This document shows positions 50,988-64,000 of a stretch of DNA of 64,000 bases, piece by piece. Within the stretch, counting starts at the first letter, position 1, and every line of letters begins with the position of its first letter. The stretch lies in assembly GCF_018977255.1 (NCBI RefSeq), contig NW_024704748.1, forward strand, positions 14,570,001 to 14,634,000. Direction: 5' to 3'. Position numbers and translations under genes: made by a program. The notes under the pieces were generated by a model, which saw only the letters and a program-made list of their open reading frames with translations, had not been told where the DNA came from and did no database searches. The DNA comes from Callorhinchus milii. Its lineage: Eukaryota.

Positions 50988-51894
50988 ATTAATTTTCTGT
51001 GGAGACTGTGACAGTGCAGCTTTAATTCAACTGGCTTTACATGGCAGGTGTGTACCAACCTGTTCTGACTTGTCCTAACACTCCTCATGATTGTGAAGCT
51101 ATATCAGCTGTTATACACACACTGCCACTGCTGTGTAAGGCTACACCAGCTAACCACAGGACAGAGGCAATGAGGGAAGCTCTGCAAGCTTTGAAGCTAA
51201 GAATAACAAAAGCTGCTTTTTCTAAGGTAAGACTTAATGCATAGGATTGTGTTGGTGATTTAATTGCTTCAGATGACTGTAAAGGCAAGTATGACTTTTT
51301 CCTTTGGTAGAGAGATGCCAAATGCAAGGACATAATCTTAAAATGAGAGCTTGTGAGACGTGATAGCAGTGCACATTTATTTACAAAGAGGGCCAACAAA
51401 ATGTAGAATGAATTGGTGTCTTCAGAAGGAAGCGAGATGGTCATAAACACAATATTCAATTGGGGTTTGCCAAAATTGGGTTAAAAAATCTGAAATTATC
51501 TAGTAATCTGGTGGAGCAGACTCCATAAACTGAATGACCTCCTTCTGTTACTTTGTTACTTTCAGATGCACAGCAAGAGTTAAGAGTACCTCACATCAAT
51601 ACAATATGCAGAAAAAGAATGAAAAGTTAGCAATTGTCATTGCAATCAGTATTATGAATATATTTCTGGTTGATTGTGTGTTTTATGAGGTAGTTGGAAG
51701 GCTGCTGATCCCAAGTAGCCATATCCCAGATTGAATCTGTGACTTCAGAAGAGCAGGCAAATCCCAAAGAACTAAGTGGAGCACTATCCACCCTGGCAAT
51801 TTGTCTGCTGGGAGAAATCTAGGAATCTCAGTTTGAAAAAACGAAACCGGGTACACCCTTTAAAAATATCTTTTGTATCTTTGTCTTGAGGATG

Positions 51895-52252
51895 ATGTGT
51901 GGCACCTTCCTACCTCTCCGACCTCCTCACTCCCCAATCCACCACCCAGCGCCTCTACTCGACTGGCACCGGCCTCCTGCTCGTCCCTCGCACTCTCTGC
52001 CCCACCATCGGAGGTCGCGCTTTCAGCCACTACGCCCCAAAACTCTGGAACACTGTCCCTCAATCCCTCTGCCTTGCCCCCTCTCTCCCCTCTTTCAAGT
52101 CCCACCTGAAAACTTTCCTCTTCGACCGTGCTTACGGCCACCTCCCCCTTCCCCCAGGCTCGGAGTCAGGCTCTGCCACTGTTAAGCGCTCTGAGATACT
52201 ACCCTGCATGGAGGGCGCTATATAAGGGCAAGTTGTAGTTGTTGATGATGAT
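51895..52252 (+). mobile_element. L2 LINE 3' end
   Basis: APSYLSDLL...GGRAFSHYAPKLWNTVP...SFKSHLKTFLFDRAY; tail AAGCGCTCTGAGA...GGCGCTATATAAGGGCAAGTTG(TTG/ATG)n. Confidence 0.88.
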
Positions 52253-53166
52253 GCCAAATTCCTATTTGTTTGTGGTACTGAAACTACCCTGATAGGAGCT
52301 CTTCCTCCAAACAACTAAATGTCAATTCAACCAATGTTCGCACAGTAAATCGCAGCTCATATATTCGTAAACAAATCTAAAGGCCATTTATCAAAACTGA
52401 TTTTAGGATCATCACCATATTCAGGTTTAGGAGCAAATTCATAATAACAAAGTCAACTCCTGATTACTACTACCTTGCACTGGTTTTCCTGTATGGAGCT
52501 TTGGGTAATAGTATTGCATTCATCTTAATCCCTCTTTTATTAGTAAGGAAAGACTCACTACATGACATTGGACACATCATAATTTCAAACAAGAGGTATT
52601 AAACCAGGCAGCTTCACTGTATCCTGCTCATGTATTCATATTTCCGAGTCTGGAGTCCAAAAGTAGGATTCTGAAAACACTTTGACACTAGACATCGCTC
52701 TGTGGTGCTTCGTAAATCTCTCTTCGGTACATTTCCATTGTTGGGAAAGGAAAGGAGGGGAGTGGTCAGTTCATTTTGAAATTCAGGGATTTCAGCAGTT
52801 CATCCTTGAGGAGAGTGTATGATGTGCTGTTAACATCATTATTTGCTGTAAACGCTTTGCGAATTGGGCCAAAGCCCTTGTGGCATATTCAGTCAAGATT
52901 TATTTCATTAAAAAGAGCCAATTCAGGGCACTACTGAGTGAGTTTAATGTTCCCAGTCAGTGTAAAAGATGGTTGAAAAACACAAGGGGGCATGAAACTT
53001 CTTTCATCATTGATACCATCAAGATGTGGTACAAACAGTGTGTGTGATGTAGTGAATCATGCTGGAGGTGTGCTCCTGAAACTGCCAGGAGGAGATGGAT
53101 CCAGAAGCAATATAATTTGCACTCACACAGTGTGAATGTGGCCCGCACTATGCTCTCTTCCCCCAT

Positions 53167-53229
53167 TAACATAACATGTAGGAGAAGGCCATTCGGCCCT
53201 TCGAGCCTGCCCCGCCATTCAATCATGGC
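53167..53229 (-). mobile_element. CR1 3'-end fragment, same family as 49390-50987
   Basis: Reverse complement GCCATGATTGAATGGCGGGGCAGGCTCGAAGGGCCGAATGGCCT...ACATGTTATGTTA. Confidence 0.85.
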
Positions 53230-53429
53230 GTTCAAACTTCTCAGACTACTCTTGGATATCCTTGGAACTTTGAATGGAGCATTTTTAATTATAAAGACTG
53301 ATCATGCAATCTCTCCAACAATAAAGACTAAACACTTGATATTTGTGTTGTGCATGTGCTTTGCTCCAATAGTATCAACATAACACACGCGTAACAACTT
53401 TAACAATCTGTGCTTGTAATAGGAAGATG

Positions 53430-54165
53430 CTTTGCACAGACGCAGACTCCACCTCATCAAGCCAGTTAGGAATCTGGGCATCTTGTTCAACCCTCAGCTG
53501 TCCTTTTTCCCCCATATTTGTGCCATGACCCATTCTCCCTTCCCCCACCTCCGCAACATTGCTCGACTCTGCCACTGCCTCACCTCTCAGGCTGCCAAAA
53601 CCCTCATCTACACATTCATTACCTCAAGGCTCGACAACAGAAACTCCCTCCTTGTCGGCCTCCCCAACTCTTCCCTCCACAAGCTGCAGATCATCCAGAA
53701 CTCTGCAGCTTGTATTCTCTCCCACCACAGGCTCCATGACCCCATCACCCCCACCCTCACCCGATTCCACTGGCTCCCAATCACTCAGAGGATAGAACTC
53801 AAAATCTCGTCCTCACTTTCAAAGCCCTCCACGGCTTTGCCACCTCCTACTTCTCTGATCTGCTAACCCCTATCAACTTGTCCATTCTGCTCCATGTTTC
53901 CCGCCCGATTCACTCTGCCATTGGCAGGAACTCCATCCCACAATCCCTTTACCTTACTCCCTCCCTTGCATTCTTCAAGTCATGACTCAAAACCCTCCTT
54001 TTTGACTGTGCCTTCAGCCGCCCTCCTACCTCTCTGCCCTCCCTCATCCCAGCCATGCCCACCCCCCACCCATGCTCGGCTTCTGATCCCTAACAGATCA
54101 GTGCCTTGGGATGGCCTCCCGATGTGAAAGGCGCTTTAGAAAAGGTTATTTTGGTGGTGGTGTTG
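53430..54165 (+). mobile_element. L2 LINE 3' fragment (ORF2 C-terminus plus tail)
   Basis: VRNLGILFNPQLSF..HI, LRNIARL, TSRLD..NSLLVGLP, LQIIQNSAA, HWLPITQRI (L2 ORF2 hallmarks); tail GCCTTGGGATGGCCTCCCGATGTGAAAGGCGCT...(TGG)n. Confidence 0.9.
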
Positions 54166-56544
54166 CAGTCAAATTCATTTTAAGACTTAGTTAAGTTGGA
54201 GGTAAAGAAGGCAAAGATAGACTAAAAACTACAGGGTCTTGTTGTTTGCTCTGTGAAGGTAGTGACCAGTGCAGTCCTGCCTTGAAAATGCTTTCTTTGT
54301 GATGTGAGCAGCTTTATTTCTTTTCACGTTTTAGACCTCTTGCAGCATGAGAGTTTACACGTTCTGTTGCTGTGGTAACTGCCACCACTATGTCCATCAG
54401 TGTGCAGCTCCAGGTCACATAACTGAAAGAGGGACTGATTTGCAACTTTTCTCAGAGTAGTGCTAAAAGCTTCATCAATGCATCCTCCAATGCTACAAGA
54501 CCCAATGACACTGTACAGATACTTCAACACTTATTTCTAACAAAATAGTCACTGCAATTTATAGTATATCCCATGAAACATTTTGAGATGTCATCCCAAT
54601 GTGGAAGAGGCTACACCAAATATAAGAATTATTATTTTAATTCCTTGAGGTTGCCAATATTGTTTACATTTGTGACTTTTTTGCTTATTACCACAATACT
54701 GTTGGGAAACTCATGAGTTGCGTGATCGCTCTTCTGAGGGTAATAAACTCTTTAAAAAAATAATAATTTGGTCACTTAATTCCATGACTATCTGTGGGAT
54801 ACTGCTGTGCGCAATTGGCTGCCGTGTTTCACAGTAAATATGGAACCATTTTTCAATGTGTACATTATGTATATTTTAACAGTAAAGATGAAACCTTTGG
54901 TGTGGGGTCAGTTTCGAGAATAATGGCTCGGTTGAATTCTGGAACCCCAATGGTGAAATCTCAGAGAAAAACATTAAAGCATCCAGACGACTAAGATCAC
55001 TGTGTGCTGTTGAACAATACAGGTCAATCAGTATATGTTGTGTTGGTGTAGGTACTGATGCACAACAAAGATATTAAAATCCCATTATCATGATTGTAAA
55101 CTCTAACAAAGCAGTAAATTAACTTCGGGCATCATCCTGGCAGTTTGATGTTGTCAGAAGCACTCAACTGTATCAGAACTGGCTGCATCATAACTCGCTG
55201 TCAGACATCCGGTATGTGTAACTCACTGCTGGTTATCTGGGATGGAACTTTTCCTCTGTGGCAACAGCGTTTTACTCTTTATGGAAATGTATGGGTGATT
55301 GTGTCATTCATTACTCGCAGGGTTACACTTCATCATTAGCAGTTACTCTGCACTCCATTAAAACAATTTTAGACTTAATTTAGTAAACATTATTGAAAAA
55401 ATCTTACGCACATTAATAACTTCTTTTTGTGTTCTTAGTTTCTTTTTCTAATTTTCCCGATAAATAATAAACAGTAACTTTGCACTTTATTCTAGGTATT
55501 AACCTATCTGTGTTAATTTTGTGGCTGTATTACCTCTATACCTGTATTCTAACAGAATTAACTCAGTCGAATAATAGTGAAGCATTAAATACATAAATGA
55601 CATCTGAAACTAGCGTTTTAAGTATTGTGTCAGCCTGTAATTTCCACCTAAATGCCGAAAAAAAAATTAGGCAATTATGTAAGCAAAAATAAATTGATCT
55701 TCAGGAAGATCTGTAGACACTCATTGAAAGGCCTTTGGGACGTCCTCCCGACGTGAAAGGCTCTATACAAATGTAATCTTGTTGTTGTTTGAAAAGAAGT
55801 TTGGTCTTTTAAGTGCTTGTGAAAATGTACAAAGATTGTCGATTAGTAGTGGGAGGTCATCAGCTCTTTGTAAACCTTGTTTTATGAACCTAGAGATTTC
55901 AGAATGATTCTCTGAGATCAATTACTCAAGAACTGTGGGTACTTTTTATTCAGAGACATGATTCCCATTGTTTTCTGACCGTGAACCTGACAAATATAAT
56001 TCACAGCCAAAACTCTTACAGCAACTTGTGATTATCTCACTACACTTTTACTGTATGAAGACAAATCAAGTAATGCAAGCTTGAAAGATCAATTTTCGCC
56101 CATGCAATGAATAACAAGATAAATGACTTCTCAGATTCCAGGAACAAAAAGGTTCCTGATCCCAGCTGATGATTATCTGTTGACTTGCTGAGCCAGTGCC
56201 TGACATCAGCTGAACTGCCGTACAGAGAATTTCCAACCTCAAATATCAGGGCTGCCTGAGAGAGTAAGAACGATTTTTGCTGTGATTGGTGAAATATAAA
56301 TTAAAGGTTAAACAGCACAAATCAGAAGCTATTTGTCCTTGATTCTCACTTTTGAGCCCAATTTGAGGAGGTACTTGATTCTCACAATTGCTATGTAAAT
56401 GCAGCAGTACAATGTTACTTGGACTGTTTTGGCTATTGCCCCAAACATGCACTGCTGCATGTGTTAATGTAATTGAGACCTCCCTTTTAATAATGTTTAA
56501 TTATGTATGCACAGAGATCAGAAATGCGAGCTATTATCAATGTG

Positions 56545-56930
56545 ATGTGCCGAGTGTTGGAAGAATGAATTATGAACAACAATTAGACAAGCTGGAGCTC
56601 CTCGAACTTGAAAGGAGACAGGGGGCACTATATAGAGGTATGTACAATTTTAAATGGGGTTGAAAACATAAATCCAGAACAATAGGTTAAGATACACCAG
56701 GATAGGACAACAAGAGAGCATAGACTTAGAGTTGCAAATGGCATTTTTCAGGACAAACACCAGGAAGTATTGCTTTACCCAGAGTGTAATTAATGACCGG
56801 GTTGCCAGGAAGACCGGTTGATGTCAGGACACTTGACTTGTTTAAAAAAGCAACTTGATGCTGTGATTAGAAGAGTGTTTTATTCTGGAAGGATGAGATC
56901 AAATGTTCCAAAGGGCCTTTTTCATCCAAT
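56545..56930 (+). mobile_element. Decayed CR1-like 3' end; relatives at ~14095-14285 and ~26650-26820
   Basis: MNYEQQLDKLELLELERR-like ORF2 end; motif GGTTGA..CAGGACACT...TTTAAAA...CTTGAT.CTG...GATGAGAT...AAGGG.CTT..T.ATCCA shared by the three loci. Confidence 0.55.
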
Positions 56931-57195
56931 CTGATTTTGTGATTGTCTTATGATCATGTTGGGATCGTCTCAGGATCTTCTTGTGATCTTGTGAAGTCGG
57001 AAGTATAATTCAGGCTTCCTGCTTCATATTGCAATATTGCTGGAAACAAAATTGCTTTGCATCCAGACCCAGGAAATGTCAACTTACTGTTCTCAGTACC
57101 TTAAATTTGAGGTTATCAGAGTGAAGCCTTGGCCACTGTGAATGATACACCTGGCTCTTGCTACACCATTGATTAGTTCAGCATGAAACCTCAAA

Positions 57196-57392
57196 AATAA
57201 GGGAGTTTCTCCCAGTGTCTTGGCCAACAATCCCCTAGATAAAATTAGTCATTCCCTTCATGGCTGCTTGTGGGTCATTGCTGTGTGCAAATTGGTTGAT
57301 GTGTTTGCTGACAAGTGTGTCCTTTACACTCGCTACCCTTTACAGTGAATGTTGTGAAGCACTTTGAGACAATACCAAGTGTAAGGATTATT
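57196..57392 (+). mobile_element. Old DeuSINE 3' fragment
   Basis: GGGAGTTTCTCCCAGTGTCTTGGCCAAC, TGTGGGTCATTGCTGTGTGCAAATTGG, GTGAAGCACTTTGAGAC, AAGGATTATTA. Confidence 0.65.
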
Positions 57393-60300
57393 ACCATAAA
57401 CAAATAACATGTTTGGAATGACTGTGTGTGACCATAACAAAGAGTGTTTTTTTAAAAAATGTAAACTGACAAATTGATCTGCTTACTCATTTATATGAGC
57501 CTGATGATTTTACTTCCTCTTGTAGCAATGAATATTAATGATCTGATGATAAATTATGCATTTCGACAGGAATGCGAACAATGCAATAATAACAAGATAG
57601 CATGTTAAAACAGCAAGCCAGTGGAAGGGACCTAACCCAATGCTGTGAGTGCATCAGCATATTCACTGTGCTATGTTGGCCTTGTTTGCAAACTGCATTA
57701 CACCTTTCAAAGTGCAAAGCAGAAAACTCTTACTGCTCAATGATAGGGCATGATGACAGCAAAAATCTTCCAGACAGCTTTAGCTATTTTCTGTGATTTT
57801 AAGTGGAGAGAATTGTAAATGTCTGTAATAATGGTACCCACTACAGTGTCCACTCTCTCAGTGAAGCTTTTGCCCTAAGAATGTACCTGCCATAGATGTA
57901 TACTTCTGGTGATGCTTTGAGTATTGTTCAATGATAGATACAGATGTGAATTGATCTCCTGTTGATCATTCCCACCGATAAAGATGGACTCCACTGTGGG
58001 GGGGGGGGAAGTGAAAATGGAGTTGGCACAAACTTTTGTTCTCCTTGCAGCAAAGTGCCCTGGATCACATGCTGTGGAAAATGAGCTTGCTTTCATTTGA
58101 ATTTTACAGGTGTTTTAAAGTTCTAAGAAAATAAATGTTATGTAAATAATTTAGTTTCAACTTGATACACACATAACCAGCACCACAGGAAATTTGTGCT
58201 TGAATTACAATTTTGATGAACTCCTGAGTAATCAATTCCTCTAATCATTGTGCTGCGGTCTGTCATGATTCATTCAACAATTCAATTCGCACTAAAAACA
58301 GAAAGTAATTAACCAACAAAGCTTTCATACACAAGTAATTACTTTTCCAAATTGTGCTTTGAATTCAGAGGAAACTTTCGCTTCCCTGTAGTTATGTGCA
58401 ACTGTGATATAAAAAAGATTCAATGGGAACAGTGAACCTTCTGTCTGATGAAATGGTTAGATGCGAGTTAAGCTGCAACTCCCCACATGATAGTTTCCTA
58501 ATCATAGCCATACTGCTGAAGGAAATCACCAGGCAGGAGCCAGAAGAGAGTCACCCCAGGTATAAATAGGACAGCTTGGATTTTACATTTACTGTAAATG
58601 GATGGCTTAAGGTTTCTGTGCAATGGGGATTATTTGGGAATGATTTGTCCAACAATTGCTCAGTTCCAGGTGGGGTTTATTGGCCCATACTGATAGCTGT
58701 TCACAGCCAGGCAGTAGTTAGGGCATTGCAATCAGCTTCAGACCCCCTGAGCTAGAAAGAAGAAAATTATTCAGCCAGGATTTCTGTTTCTCTGTGAACC
58801 TTATCTCAAAGTGTATCTGTATTGACTTTGGCAGAGGATAAGATCAAGCTTAGCTATGATGTTTATATAGACTATCCATTGCCAATAGCTGGATGGGAAG
58901 AAACGTGTTCACCTCATGACAAGTCAACATCAAGTTTCAGGGATAAACCAGGCAAGCTGGTCAGTCACCAACTGTACCCTGGAGCAATATGCACCTGACT
59001 GTCTCAGGTATGGAAGCTCTGAGATGGCCTCAGAATTGATTTAGTGCTACCTGTTACCATTTAAACCAACTCAACCCAGAGATCCACCATCGAAACCCTT
59101 GCCTGAATCATTTTCTCCTTGTCCCAAAGCAAACTCGTGCCTTCGTCCTCAATCTCACACATAGGCTACAGGACATATTTCTGCTCTACGTCCAGGAGCT
59201 TTGATTCATAAAGGAGATCTGAAGTCAGCAGAGGCAGGAAACTACTGCAGGCAAGGATCCTGCTCCTGACAGCTAGCAACTAATTTCTGTGAACAGAATT
59301 GGACTTAGCTATGGGCTTCTACAGTGGAGTATTATGCTGCCACTGACTGTCTCAGCTCACCCATGAAAAATAGCCACTTAAAAGGTCGGAGGAAGTCATT
59401 TATATTGAAGTATGTATATTTTTGAAAAGAAGCCTCCCAATTATATCGCGTGCAACAAAGCTGTAGTGCTCTTACAGGCTTCAAACAACTTTGTAAAGCG
59501 CTCAAACTTTGCTGTTGCATTTATGAGATTAGCTGATCCCTATGCACGTGCTACCGCTTCATAACACACTGCCTATCGTTCTTCATTCTCTTTTTGTTTG
59601 TGAATGTTTGAGTGCGCAGCATGACGTACTCAAAGTACATATACATCCTTAGGTCTATTGACGCTTATGTCTGCAATGAGTTCACTTTGTAATTCAGGAT
59701 TTGGGGGATTTGTAATACATTATCAGAATTAACTTCAAATTCTGACAAAACAGGTGTGGTTTCGATTTGTTTAGCAGAGATATGTGAGGTCTGCCATCTG
59801 GCACAGATTTTTATCTCAATGTCTACTGGGAGAAAGAACAGTAATGTGATAGTTGTTTTAATGAACTCCAGTGGCTCTGATATTTGCTCTGCACCGCTGT
59901 CATTGTCTAATTCTCATTGGTGTCCAACTCTCCTTTAACATCTAAGGTCACTTAAACAGCTGGCGTTCGGAGCAACCTTTATGTGTTTGGACAGCCTCCA
60001 GACATTGCTTTGTTAATGCACTCCACATTGTTCCCAGAGACAGGACAATATTCAAGGATGGGTTGCTTAGTTTCTTTAGCTGAAGGATTTGCTTTAGCTT
60101 TTATACAATTAAACCTTTTTTATGACAATGTATACTGCTCATTATCATTTCCTAGTAACAGCAAGAAATTGCTTTGAGAAATGAACAGTGTTCAATGAGG
60201 AAACAAACATGTATTACTGAGATAACTGCTTTGTCCAAAACTACATGTTCAATAAAACCCTGAGATTGAAGGAGGGGCTCCGGTCAACTGAATAATTTAT

Positions 60301-60769
60301 AGCAACTCATCTAACAAACCACACCAGTATAAAAGGGTGTCTGTGTCACCATTCAGTCTTGATAAAATTGCACCATTTAAAGAATTAGCATTTAGTGAGA
60401 TTATACTTTCTATCTGCTTCTGTTTGTAATTTCCTGAATGGCTTTGTTTCAAAGTGTGCTGCTAGGATCATTTAGAGGGCTGATGTGAGTTATTGAGCCT
60501 AATAAGGTTCTCTAGCATCTCACCACCTTTGTAACAACACCTAAACATGAACAGTGTTTCATCATGCTCCTACTTGTATTGAAACAACGAGCGCTCCCTC
60601 AGAACCACTGGGAAGCAATTGGGTAGATTTGGCCCTGATGTTGCCTTTTTGAAACTGATCAAAAGTGAGCACCCGCCATTGGGTGGTTGAGTGACACAGA
60701 TACCACCAGGTATCATCAGCACAAAGCAGCAGCAATGCCTGCCCACTTCCTCTGCAACCACATCCCGAG

Positions 60770-60970
60770 TCCCTCCGATTTGCTCCCTCCCTCACTTTGT
60801 TCAGGGTCCATCTCAAGACGTACTTCTTTGACCATGTTTTTGGTCATCTTTCCCCTCCCCACTTCTCTCAGCTCCCACCCCCAGCTCAGATACCCAGCCA
60901 GCAGCAGTATCAAGCAGTTTGGGATATCCTCCCAATGTGAAGGCACTGTATCAATGTAAATTTGTATTGT
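60770..60970 (+). mobile_element. Decayed L2 3' end
   Basis: TTCAGGGTCCATCTCAAGACGTACTTCTTTGACC, tail TTTGGGATATCCTCCCAATGTGAAGGCACTGTATCAATGTAAA. Confidence 0.6.
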
Positions 60971-63042
60971 ACAGACTAAAATATTGAAATCACAGTATGC
61001 ACTGATTCACCTGGGCTAGGGAATCGATCCTGATTTCCCTCTAGCTTCCTGTCTAGTGATACCTGTCAGGGTGTGTGCAGGTGAGGATGGGTTTTTGGCA
61101 CCACCTTTCCACAGTGAAAAAGACACCATCAAGAGCAAGGATTATTTATTCATTTTAAAATGTCTAAAATAGTGCAGCATTGCAGCATCTGATATCAAAC
61201 ATTCTTGCTTCAGTCTTGCATGCCCTCTGCTGGCTAAGCGGTCCGTACATGTCCACATCCTATGTCCTTCTTGACAGGCTAATGGTTCGGTTTTGAATTT
61301 CTGTTAAAAAGCAGTGACGAGCAGCACTTTTACCCAAAGATTCCTCCAGAAACAGTTTGAAGTTTCTTTCTAGTGTAAAGCTGACATCACAACTTGTTGT
61401 GTGATAAATTTGCTTCATTTTAAAAAAAAATTGGGTCATTATTAGGTGGGATCTGATTAGTAGAAGAAAACAAGACTGATACAGGTCTGATGTATTGTAG
61501 CACCAGATTGCCAGGGATTAGCCATTCCCCAGGCACCACTGATTTGATTAAGAAGATGAATAGACACAGGCACCAACCACCAAGAATCAAACAGCCTTCC
61601 TCCCCACTTAACCAGCAGCATTTGCACAGATTAGTGACTAAACTGCAAGGGAAAATAAATATATATTCTGTTGTTAGATCATCAGGCTGTTGATCTCCCA
61701 CTTCACTAAAATATCAAAGCAATGCAAACACAACATGTGGAATGAGGACTGATGGTTGAGGTTGTTTGTAAGGCGCCCTCTCTCCTTTCAACAGAGCACA
61801 AACAATTTGGGAAGTATTGGAAACAAACCAGAGCGCACATACGATGTAACGTCTACTTATCTAACCACGCTGGAATATACTTTGTCAACGTTGCATTCCC
61901 GGCTTGAAGAATGGTGACCTGAGTGAGACAGACTACTTCTGCCTGTGAAGCCGTACTCAAATCCGAGTTGCCACATGCAGTGGAAGAGATAGGGAAGAGA
62001 GAAGATTTGGGGCAACAAATGATACAAAATGTCTTTCAGATCAGTATCTATCACCCAAACTATCATAATATATTCCAAAATACATTTCTCACACAAGCAA
62101 CTTCTACAAAATACAGTCATGACACTTCACAATAAAATCCTGTGAAGTGCTTTAAGACGTCTCAATGGTGTGATAAGGTGTTATATCAAATGCAAGGATT
62201 ATTGTTATGTTTTAATTTACTTCAATCACACACTTCAGGATCCCAGATCCCTTGAGGATTTTTTTTTGCCTAGGATCAAATTGCACGCTCTAGAATCAGC
62301 CAATGCAAACTCTGCTCCTGTGAGTTCTCAGTTGCTGGAAGTAAAGAATAAAGTTCCTTTGAAGCTTCGGTGTCTTTCAAACAAAAGAAAAAATTCCACT
62401 TAATTTACCAAGTGAGGGAAAGTGAAAAGCTTGGCAAATCCATCATCAGTGACAGTAAAACAGAAAAGAAATATTGCCAACATTTCAACTATTTGAACAT
62501 TGTCACTGAGTAAAAGATGCAGTTTACTGAACCCTCCTGACAGAGTGGGCAGGAGAAAAGTGACATGCTAAATATAAGTTTTCAGAAGAGTGGCTGACAT
62601 TGCCGCAATACACACAAAAAAAACAGTTTTAATAAAAGAGTTCAGCTTTTGTGATTCAGATTGAAAATATTAAAAAGTGTTATGGACTAAGTTAATCTAG
62701 CAATCAGACTGAGCAATAGACAACATCTAGACAGTGCCAGCTTTCAGCTGTCAAAAAAGTCACATTTCTTTTCAAGAGTGAATCTCGCTCTTACGTGAAC
62801 AGCGAAGGCCTGGACTAATTCAGCGTCATTATCTGACAACAGTCTAGGAACAGTTATTATCTGACAACAGGAACTGAATTGGAAAGCATGACATTCCCAT
62901 ATCTAAATATGTAAAGAAAGCCTTCTAAAGAGATCCATCTGTTTAAAACAAAATCTATTCCACACCAGCACAACATTGTACAAAAACATTTTTTAAAATA
63001 AAAAATGCTGCAAAATTATGTAACTGAAATGTCAGATGCTTT

Positions 63043-63115
63043 GATAATAATAATAATAAAATAATCTTGCATTTGATATGGCGCTTTTCACGTCGGGAGG
63101 ATGTCCCAAAGCGCT
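63043..63115 (-). mobile_element. SINE/L2 3' tail fragment
   Basis: (TAA)n...CTTGCATTTGATATGGCGCTTTTCACGTCGGGAGGATGTCCCAAAGCGCT; nearly identical to the tail of the 22566 copy. Confidence 0.75.
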
Positions 63116-64000
63116 GATGCTGTCGTGTTTTGTTTATTCAGGCAAAACTTTGTGAGAAAGTTACTAGCCTTAACAAGATAAAGTGGCATGCATATTGATT
63201 CCCTATTTATCCTCAGATCTAGATAATATGCAACTGCAACGTATTTTTTTTGGAACTACTATATTTTACTGTTATTTTTTGTTTGTGCAATTCTCACCCT
63301 CCCCTCTTCTGAAGATATTTCGTTCTCTTTTCCCCTTTTGCTGTTGTATGGTTCTACGGGCAACAGTTGCTCTCTGGTACCCTGTCTCACCAAAGATAAA
63401 ACCCAATTATCGGGAATAGCCTGGAATTTTGAAGCATATTAATTAATGTAAGGATATTAATGTAATAAAACCATAATTGCTTAATTTAAACTTTGATCTT
63501 AGATCTGGAGGTTATGAGTGTAAAAGCAATCAATGAACCTGCAGTTAATTGGGATTAAAAGTTGTATGTTTGTTAACGGGTTTTGGATATGTAAAACAGA
63601 TCTCAATGGAAGGAGTTGAGGCTGTGCCAGTTGATTCTTTTTTACTAAAAAAGCTGCATGAATGTCTGGCTGGACTGAAGTTAATAATAGGGATGCACCT
63701 AAATGTTCAATAATTCTGCAACACAGCGTGCTGCTGGGACTGTGAGCATGTGAACTGTGGATTACAACAGGTCAAGAGTTCAATACAGTTGGTTGTTCTG
63801 TGAGTTTAATATCCTGGAGCTTCATTAGATTGCCTTCAAAGTCGGGGATCTGTTTCTGAGAGAGACCACTTCCTAAAATTGTTACCTGAAGTTATTCACC
63901 TCCCAAGAAAAAAAAAGCTGAGTAACACTTGTGACAGTATAAACGTTCTCGCTTGGCTAGGAAATATTGGTCTTTACTGGTTACGTACCTTGCGCTCATG

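Noticed and set aside
49301-51008. CR1 inserted into a MITE with inverted ends CAGTTTCACAGAA / TTCTGTGGAGACTG
   Set aside because: The match is short and imperfect, with no clear target duplication.
57875-58096. Minus-strand exon encoding ACDPGHFAARRTKVC (Cys-rich repeat-like) behind a ttttccacag acceptor
   Set aside because: The expected following cysteines are missing, the frame runs through a homopolymer, and no partner exons were found; likely chance.
46800-64000. Next downstream gene (SLC29A3 follows UNC5B in mammals)
   Set aside because: No recognisable exon, CpG island or nucleoside-transporter peptide in this interval; a short exon could have been missed.

Overview
Vertebrate genomic DNA, AT-rich and intron-rich. 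The repeat content (tRNA-headed Deu-type SINEs with L2 tails, CR1 and L2 LINE remnants, a Penelope-like palindrome) points to a cartilaginous fish, plausibly a chimaera such as Callorhinchus; that assignment is inference. The window holds exons 2-17 of a netrin receptor gene on the + strand, best matching UNC5B (Ig-Ig-TSP1-TSP1-TM-ZU5-UPA-Death). I traced 16 exons by hand through GT-AG junctions. They total 2744 nt and stay in one open frame to the TGA ending at 43850 (about 914 aa plus the missing exon 1, which lies upstream of the window). A ~2.9 kb 3'UTR ends near AATAAA at 46751. The remaining ~17 kb is intergenic and rich in retroelement debris, with no second gene recognised. The most interesting signals are in the extracellular stalk between TSP1-2 and the TM helix. 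One is a 33-nt microexon missed by the ORF track, flanked on both sides by YCAY (NOVA-type) clusters. The other is a candidate 24-nt frame-preserving microexon with microexon-like splice signals, which I do not recognise from known UNC5B models. Also notable are a signal-peptide-like in-frame extension upstream of exon 2, young SINEs nested inside older repeats, and inverted SINE copies inside the pre-mRNA. No prokaryote-type system (CRISPR etc.) is present. All repeat family names come from recalled consensus motifs, not database searches.
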